Shown: positions 56,745-64,000 of the stretch, piece by piece | Layout of the letters: the number at the start of each line of letters is the position of its first letter | Position numbering within the stretch: position 1 is the stretch's first letter | Assembly (NCBI GenBank): GCA_964016885.1 | Contig: OZ024753.1 | Span: 44,640,001-44,704,000 of the forward strand | Direction: 5' to 3' | DNA from: Eledone cirrhosa | Taxonomy: Eukaryota | DNA: 64,000 nucleotides | Translations under genes and position numbers: made by a program | Notes under the pieces: model-generated | Database searches by the model: none | The model's input: only the letters and a program-made list of their open reading frames with translations | What the model was told of the DNA's origin: nothing

Positions 56745-57534
56745 GGAAGATCTCCAGAGGCTCAATGTCACCTTGGAGTATGTAGAGGGACTGGTACGGA
56801 TCCCCCAGTGCACTGCTGGGCCTGGTTGGCTCTACACATGATGTCTCTGGGAGTGCTGACCTAGGATGACCTGAGTCCCAATGAGCAAAGAAGAAGAAGA
56901 AGATGATGCCTGTATTAGGAATTAGAACAAAAAGTATTTTTTCATGAAACTTAACATCGTAATAACTATTAGAAAGAGTTAATCATTTTGTGATATGTTA
57001 AGTTGATAATATTTTTAAAGCATAACAAATTAATATAGGAAAGACATACATTCATATATCCCTATTAAAAGCAGATCATTAATATTATATTATCACTATC
57101 ATAGATTTCAGATCTCTATACCTTACATCAATCATAAATATAAAACAACTTGCTATTCCTATCCTAATATCAAAATCACGAACATTTTCTAATATAATTA
57201 TATAAAAATTGAACATGACTATTGATAGTCAATGATTAATATATAGAGTTCCTAAACTATAAATACATATCCAATATCGGAGATTTAGGCTCCAACAGAC
57301 AATTCATTATTTAATATTAAAAAGCTCCATCTTATTCTTCTCAATATAAATCAAAAATGTTGCATTGAAAGATGTTTCCTTTATTCAATTTATTCACATT
57401 ATGAATTACAGGAATCACAAAAGAGGTTTCTTTCTAGTTTAGTGTTAGTCTGTGTTGCTAATACATACAGTCATTAACTGAAAAAAAAGGACCTGAAATT
57501 ATTTTTCTCTTCATTTATATACACATTGTATCAT

Positions 57535-57876
57535 CATTCATCATCATTTCATTTTACGTCCACTTTTCCCTGCTTGCAAGGGTGGGACGGGAACTGATGC
57601 TGGCTTGATTTCTACAGCTGGATGCCCTTCCTAACACCAACCTCATTTACAGTGAGTGCTGGGTGCTTTTTTGCCGTGGCACCTCCACGACCACTTTACA
57701 GTGGAATGATAGGGACCCCAGTCCCTATCATCTGATTTCTACAGCTGAGTAAACTGGAGCAATGTGAAATAAAGTATCTTGCTCAAGGAAACAACACATC
57801 ACCCAGTCTGAGAATTGAACTCACAACCTTTCGATTGCAAGGCCAATGCTCTAACCACTAAGCCATGTGCCTCCAC
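57535..57876 (-). mobile_element. SINE family C: tRNA head, CORE-like body and RTE-derived 3' half
   Basis: Head gtggaggcacatggcttagtggttagagc...gagttcaattc. The 3' half is near-identical to RTE UTR 28500-28593, and the tail matches 33256-33322. Confidence 0.85.
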
Positions 57877-57995
57877 TATATATAAAGAGCGGTGTGTGGC
57901 AAGATACCAGGTGGACCACAATGCTCCAGAGTACTCAATATATAAGTTATAAGTGTGAAGAATGGACAGACAAAAATTTACCTAACTTTCCTTTG

Positions 57996-58137
57996 TATAT
58001 ATATAGTAGTTCCACAACAGTTAGTTCACCATTCTGAGAACAAATGTTTCACCTTATTCGGAGCTGAGGATCTGAATAAGGTGAAACATTTGTTCTCAGA
58101 ATGGTGAACTAACTGTTGTGGAACTACTATATATATA
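57996..58137. repeat. Near-perfect palindrome in (TA)n
   Basis: Arms of ~67 bp around the loop gctgagga. Confidence 0.9.
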
Positions 58138-59082
58138 TATATATTCTTCATAGCACAAGCATCCTATCCAGAGAGAGTCTTGTACTTTCAGTCACTTAAT
58201 GCCTAGGAAACCGGAGATAAACACTGGCCTGATGAGCCTTTGGATTAGAAAAGACTTTAGATTTAACTAAAAGTGCCAGGCACAGCATATGTGGACAACG
58301 AAAGTGTAAAAGCAACATTTAATGCTGCACGTTGGTTATTTGAATCATGTGCTAAACTACAAGACAGATGAACAAACTTACACATCATTGCCTAAGTTTA
58401 TCTGAGCATAAACTTCAAATTCCCCCTGGGTAGAAAACTGGGTACAGATGTTTGAGAAGTCTAAGTAAGCACTGCACTCAGTAGCCTTATTGAATGGTGA
58501 ACCCTGCGTGAGTCTGTGGTTGGATTCAGTCAGTATTTAGCTTGATTTGGATGCCGGAGGGGCACCAGACATTCTTCCCCCACCTCGACACACTACAGAT
58601 AGGAGATAGTGAAAGATAGAAAAAGATGTGTAAAGAGGAAAAAGAGTTGATGTGTGTAAGAAGTAGTGAGAGAATGGGAGAGTGTAGAGAGAGTTAGTAA
58701 GAGAGTAATGTAGAGAGAGAGATGGAGATATATAGAGAGAGTCAGTATGTGTGTGAGAGATGTGAAGATAGATGGGTGAGATTGATATAAAGCTACTAAA
58801 TAAGTCAATCACACTTCCAGAAATAACTAAGAAACTTAGATTGAATAATAATAATAATAATAAAAATAATAATAATAATGATAAAAATAATATTACTAGT
58901 AGTAGTAGTAGTAGTAGTAGTAGGACTAATTCTACAGTGGCAGCAACAGTGGTAATGTAGTAATGTCCTTTCTACAGATTATAAAATCTATTTCATACAA
59001 TTTCTTCTTTTCTTTGACAAAAATCACCCAATTCAATGAATCAATGATTCTTCATATTATATTAATTCCTGCCACCAATCAC

Positions 59083-59161
<79 letters not shown>

Positions 59162-60442
59162 TGTGTGTGTTTATCTCTCTCGCCCTTTTTATCTCCCTTT
59201 CCTTTAGTGTTAATGTGTTTCTCATGGTATGCAATATGTACAGATGTATTCTATTCAGGATACCTACCTAGCTAATATATCTCTATGTATCTATCCACTT
59301 ACATATCTGACTATCTATCTACTTAGCTCTCTCTCTCTCTCTCTCCATCTATCTACCTTCATATCTACTTATCTACCTATCTATCCATCCACCTATATAT
59401 CTATCTACTTATCTATCTATCTATCCATATATCTACCTTCATATCTACTTACCTTCATATCTACTTATCTATCCATCTATATATCCATTCATATGTCCAT
59501 TTCTCTATCTCTCCATCCACCTATATATCCACCTACCCATCTATCTACTTATCTATCCATAAATCCATCTCTCTCTCCACCCATCTACCTACCTACCTAC
59601 CTATCTATTTACCTTCATATCTACTTATCTATCCATCTATATATCCATCCATATGTCCATTTATCTATCTATCCATCCATCTATATCCACCTATATATCT
59701 ATCTCAGTGTTAATGTATTTCCCATGCTATGCAATTTATATAGAGATATATTCTATCAGAGAATACATAGCAAGCTAACAACTCTAGACTTGGAATTTAC
59801 TGTAATTTAGAGCAGCAATGTAACTGCTTTTAGTAGAACAACTTAGTCTTGAAATATAGGTGACAGACCTATAACCTTAACCTAATATACTGAAGTTATC
59901 ATGGAGTTTAGTAGCCAGAAGCAGCATTTTTATTTTTTAGGAAATTGAGTAAAAAGAACAGTTATTTGACCTGACTGCTATATATTTCTGATGCTTGTTT
60001 TATCAACTGAAAAATAATGTAAAACCTAAAGTATGACATATAACATATAATATATAAAATCTGTGTTAGATGTTTGTCTATTTTCTGTCTACTCAGCAAT
60101 CCAGTTAACTGATCAGCTATACTCGTACATCAACATGGTAGAAACAACTCTAATTTTACTATACTACGCCATTTTGTTTCATATTTACACTTATCTTTTT
60201 TTTTTTTTTATGGTTGATATACATCAACCTATATCCATGAGATTGACAAAATAACTAGACAGAATTATTCGGCATAAACTAAAAAGGTGTGAAAAAATCT
60301 GAACTAGTTACGTATAGGTGTGTTCTTTCTTTTTTTTTTCACTATAATATATATATATGTGTGTGTCTGCTTAGAAAATTGGCAGTGGCAGTAAGACTGA
60401 AATGTTTCTTTTGCAATGTAATTGCTTCAGTTTCAAAACAGC

Positions 60443-60627
60443 CTCAGATCAAGTCCCTCACCAGATATATACAACACAGTCTCAGATCAAGTCCCTCACC
60501 AGATATATACAACACAGTCTCAGATCAAGTCCCTCACCAGATATATACAACACAGTCTCAGATCAAGTCCCTCACCAGATATATACAACACAGTCTCAGA
60601 TCAAGTCCCTCACCAGACGTGTACAAC
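60443..60627. repeat. 38-bp minisatellite, ~4.8 copies
   Basis: Unit ctcagatcaagtccctcaccagatatatacaacacagt. Confidence 0.95.
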
Positions 60628-61423
60628 TGTGAAAAATAATTTTAATCCCATCTGTCTATCATATACCTCTGCTTCTGGTATATCTCACCTGCAGCAGATA
60701 CTAACTGATAGAAACATAAACTATTTAAGAATAGAAAATGGAAATTAAGGTGCTTATTGATGAGAAGAAAACAAAACTAACACCAAACCTGAAAACATGG
60801 CTTGAAGAACTAAAATATTAGGATAAACTTTTTATTTCATCTTAAATATATATATATCTATGTATATAAATATATATTTTTCTTATTCTTTAAGGTATTT
60901 AATATTTTAATATATATTACATTGCAGAATGTAATGAATTCAAATCAGGGATAGATTCAGACAGGTTGGTATCAACAGGGCTGAACCTTCTAGAAGAATC
61001 ATAACAGGTTGAATTTAGTAGGGTTTGGTATCTACCAGTGTAAAACATGAGATAATACAGGCTCAGTTTTACTGATCGAAGCATGTTAAACCTTATTAGA
61101 CCAAAACATTAATAACATCAATCATTCATAATTAAACTTTTCTTACTTTGGAAAAAGACCTTAAAGTGAAAAATATTAATTCCTTCTTTAACATATTTTT
61201 AATGAAATACTCTGCCTGTGATTTACAATTAATTCTGAAAATAATCAATAATTTGTACAGAATTAGTAATATAACTAACTTTCTCGTTAATAGGTTGCTG
61301 CTTGGAACATAATATATAATTATAATAGATGAGTTTTAAATTAATGCAAATACTTTAAAACAATTGGTGTTTTCTGGTGGTTTGGTATTAAAATGGGATA
61401 GATAAGGTTGTCGTTATATCCTC

Positions 61424-61630
61424 AAGTATCAGTAGAGCGTCGGACACCATGCTTCATTGCATAGAGTTACGTCCCTTTACATTCTGAGTTCAAATCCTGC
61501 CGAGGTTGACATTGCCTTTCATCCTTATGGAGTCGATAAAATAAAGCACCAGTAATTCACTGGGGTCTATTTAATCAACTTTCTCTTCCTCTTCAAATTG
61601 CTGGCCTTGTGCCTCAACTAGAAACAATTA
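61424..61630 (+). mobile_element. SINE family A, longer-tail variant
   Basis: Extra ggggtctatttaatcaactttctc... segment before ttgctggccttgtgcc, as in 47007-47223. Confidence 0.83.
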
Positions 61631-62371
61631 TATTTTCAATTATTTGTTCATTCTTTTTCCATTAGAAATATCTTTCTATAGTCTGTGTTGCCCCAACATG
61701 GCCTTAGAAACTCAGCTGGAACATGTAATAATCTAATAGAGTTTATAGTTCTGTATTTCTGTAATGTTAAACTAAATAAAAATTCCTTTTCATAGTTTTA
61801 GAAATGAAATTGTATATTTTTATTAAACAAAATTAAATCATTGGTTCTAATTTGTTTTGTGAATATAATGACACTAATATCATTACAATTACCATTTAAG
61901 TCTACCTGGAGTGAAAATGTGCCACACAAGTTTGCCATTTCAGCTTATTTATATATTCAAGATTGTGATATCTAATTTGATAATGAACAATTTACATAAA
62001 TTCTAGAATAAATTTAATTATGAAACCATAAATTCATCTGTATAATACGTAATTTCCTTTTAAACAATTCATAGTTTATAAAATTTGAACCACAAGTTGA
62101 ACAATTAAGAATAGATTATTTTGTAAACTAACTCTAAAGATGGAAACAGTTTTTGCTATATAATTATATAATTACCTTACATTAGATGAAACAATCCTTA
62201 AAGTGAAGTTCAAAATATCCATATTAGCTTGTCTATATCAAATATATCGATTCACTGTTTGTCAGATTTAAAACCAGTTTGAAACTAGTGTGACTATGTT
62301 TACAAAGGGAACGTAAGTAAAAAATGTAAATATACATATATATGTATGTATATATATATATATATATATTA

Positions 62372-62682
62372 TCATAGTCATCGTTTAACATCTATCTTCC
62401 ATGCTAGCATGGGTTAGACGGGAATTGTCCCATTTGAGGCAAGATTGGTCGTATAGGGCTATCTGGCAGGTTTTCTATGGCTGGATGCCCTTCCTAACAC
62501 CAACCACGTTTACAGTGTGGACTGTGTATTTTTTTGTTGTGACACCTACACGACCTCATTAGTTTGGACTGGATGTTGTGGTACCAACATAACTTTATAG
62601 AGAAAGTATGGTCTTGGCGGGAGTGGAAGGATGGAGTAGTGGGTTGGGGGTGTATATTTGGTTTAGAGGTGCCTACTGACTG
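62372..62682 (-). mobile_element. RTE-type 3' UTR/tail repeat
   Basis: Colinear with 25932-26302. Confidence 0.78.
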
Positions 62683-62715
62683 TAGGTTTCGCTTTGTTTC
62701 ACTTTATATATATAA

Positions 62716-62918
62716 AACAACAAAGAAAGTGAGGTAAGAAACCAGGTGGACCATAACACACCAGAGTACTCGATACTTAAGGTAGTAGAGTGGGTAATAG
62801 GAGAAGAGTCAGGACCCCGACAGCTGAGCTCTGGCCATTTCGACAGTTAGATCTTAACGTGTTTGGATCTAGCTGTCGAAACGGCTGGAGCTCAGCCGTC
62901 GGGGTCCTGACTCTTTTC

Positions 62919-62920
<2 letters not shown>
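62716..62920 (-). mobile_element. TA-embedded fold-back element, best-preserved copy
   Basis: Palindrome 62800-62919; GAAACGGCT ggagctc AGCCGTC at 62878-62900. Confidence 0.72.
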
Positions 62921-62978
<58 letters not shown>

Positions 62979-63128
62979 GAATTGAAAAAAGTAAATGATT
63001 ATCACAAAGAAAAAAAGATTAATCAGTATATTAAAATATAATTCTAAAATAAATTTCATTATGAATCTTTTAAATAATTCATTACATATGACGAGACATT
63101 CAAATTAATAAATACATATATATATGTT

Positions 63129-63198
<70 letters not shown>

Positions 63199-63327
63199 TG
63201 TGTGTTTATGTGTGTTTATGTGTGTGTGTGTAATTTTTATATTAAATTGTTTTTTTAGTTTACATTTTTTTTCTCTTACTCTTTATTTTTTGTTGTTGAT
63301 ATTTTTTGCTTCTACTTTTCCATTCAG

Positions 63328-63372
63328 AAGATCATCACTTTCCTCATCCTCACAAGATTTCTAACTTTAATG
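63328..63372 (+). other. Possible 45-nt phase-symmetric host exon
   Basis: Long polypyrimidine tract, then cattcag|aagat...taatg|gtaaag; one frame is open (xDHHFPHPHKISNFN). Confidence 0.25.
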
Positions 63373-63574
63373 GTAAAGACTTTACAGTAGCAGAGATAAA
63401 ATATAAGTTGCTTTGCAAACATAAATGATCCCTGAAATCCTGATAGGGTCATAGACACACCGTTTTTAGCATTTGAACCTGGTGATACCCATCCCATGTC
63501 AGGTTAAAGCACAGTAGATTTCTTCCAAGGAAGAGAGAGAGAAGAATCAACCCTAGAACTTATTAGTTCAAGTC

Positions 63575-63965
63575 TAAAGTCTGTCCCAAGCCTGGAAACT
63601 CATCAGACTGGGGCTTATCCCAGTTTCCATGGCAATAAGTGTCTGAGAGTAGCAGATTCCCCACCGAACAGCTCACCAGTCCATTGCAGGGTCAAAGTCT
63701 GTCTTTAACTGGCAGACTCATCAGACCAATGCTTCTCCCAATTTCCTTGGCGTTAAGTGACTGAAAGTTAAAAAAACTCTCCCACCCCACTGGATAGGAC
63801 ACCAGTTCATTGCAGGGTTAAGCCCCAAGCTATTGCTGGTACTCATTTTCAGTTGAGTATACTGGAACAATGTGAAATGAAGTGTTTTGCTCAAGAACAC
63901 AACACACAACGGTGTGTCAGGAATCAAACCCACAACATTATGATGGTAAGTCCAAAACCTTTACC
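63575..63965 (-). mobile_element. SINE family B with a duplicated 3' segment
   Basis: Colinear with the other family B copies. Confidence 0.75.
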
Positions 63966-64000
63966 AGGAGGAAGAAGTGGAAAGTTGTTACTGATAAAGT

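Noticed and set aside
58205-58245. gaaacc...ctgatgag in SINE B tails as a possible type II/III hammerhead
   Set aside because: The required stems could not be paired; it is the ordinary SINE tail.

Overview
AT-rich, microsatellite-saturated eukaryotic non-coding DNA, probably intronic or intergenic. The repeat repertoire suggests an octopod or other cephalopod mollusc (inference). No host protein-coding gene can be supported, and almost all listed ORFs are microsatellite translations. The only real long ORF is a 5'-truncated RTE-clade LINE reverse transcriptase with a PHD-type finger inside it (28636-30051, minus). The rest consists of three tRNA-derived SINE families, RTE and Tx1 LINE 3' ends, TTAA-flanked piggyBac-type MITEs, minisatellites and a 200-N gap. 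The most interesting signal is a set of at least six sequence-unrelated short elements sitting in (TA)n tracts that share one RNA architecture. It has three parts: a type I hammerhead ribozyme or its 3' half; a downstream covarying bulged hairpin ACUC-stem-loop-stem-UN-GAGU; and often a fold-back palindrome centred on or just upstream of the ribozyme. This fits a Penelope-like/retrozyme-type non-autonomous system with a possibly undescribed cis element. All structures were paired by eye; no database search or folding computation was run.
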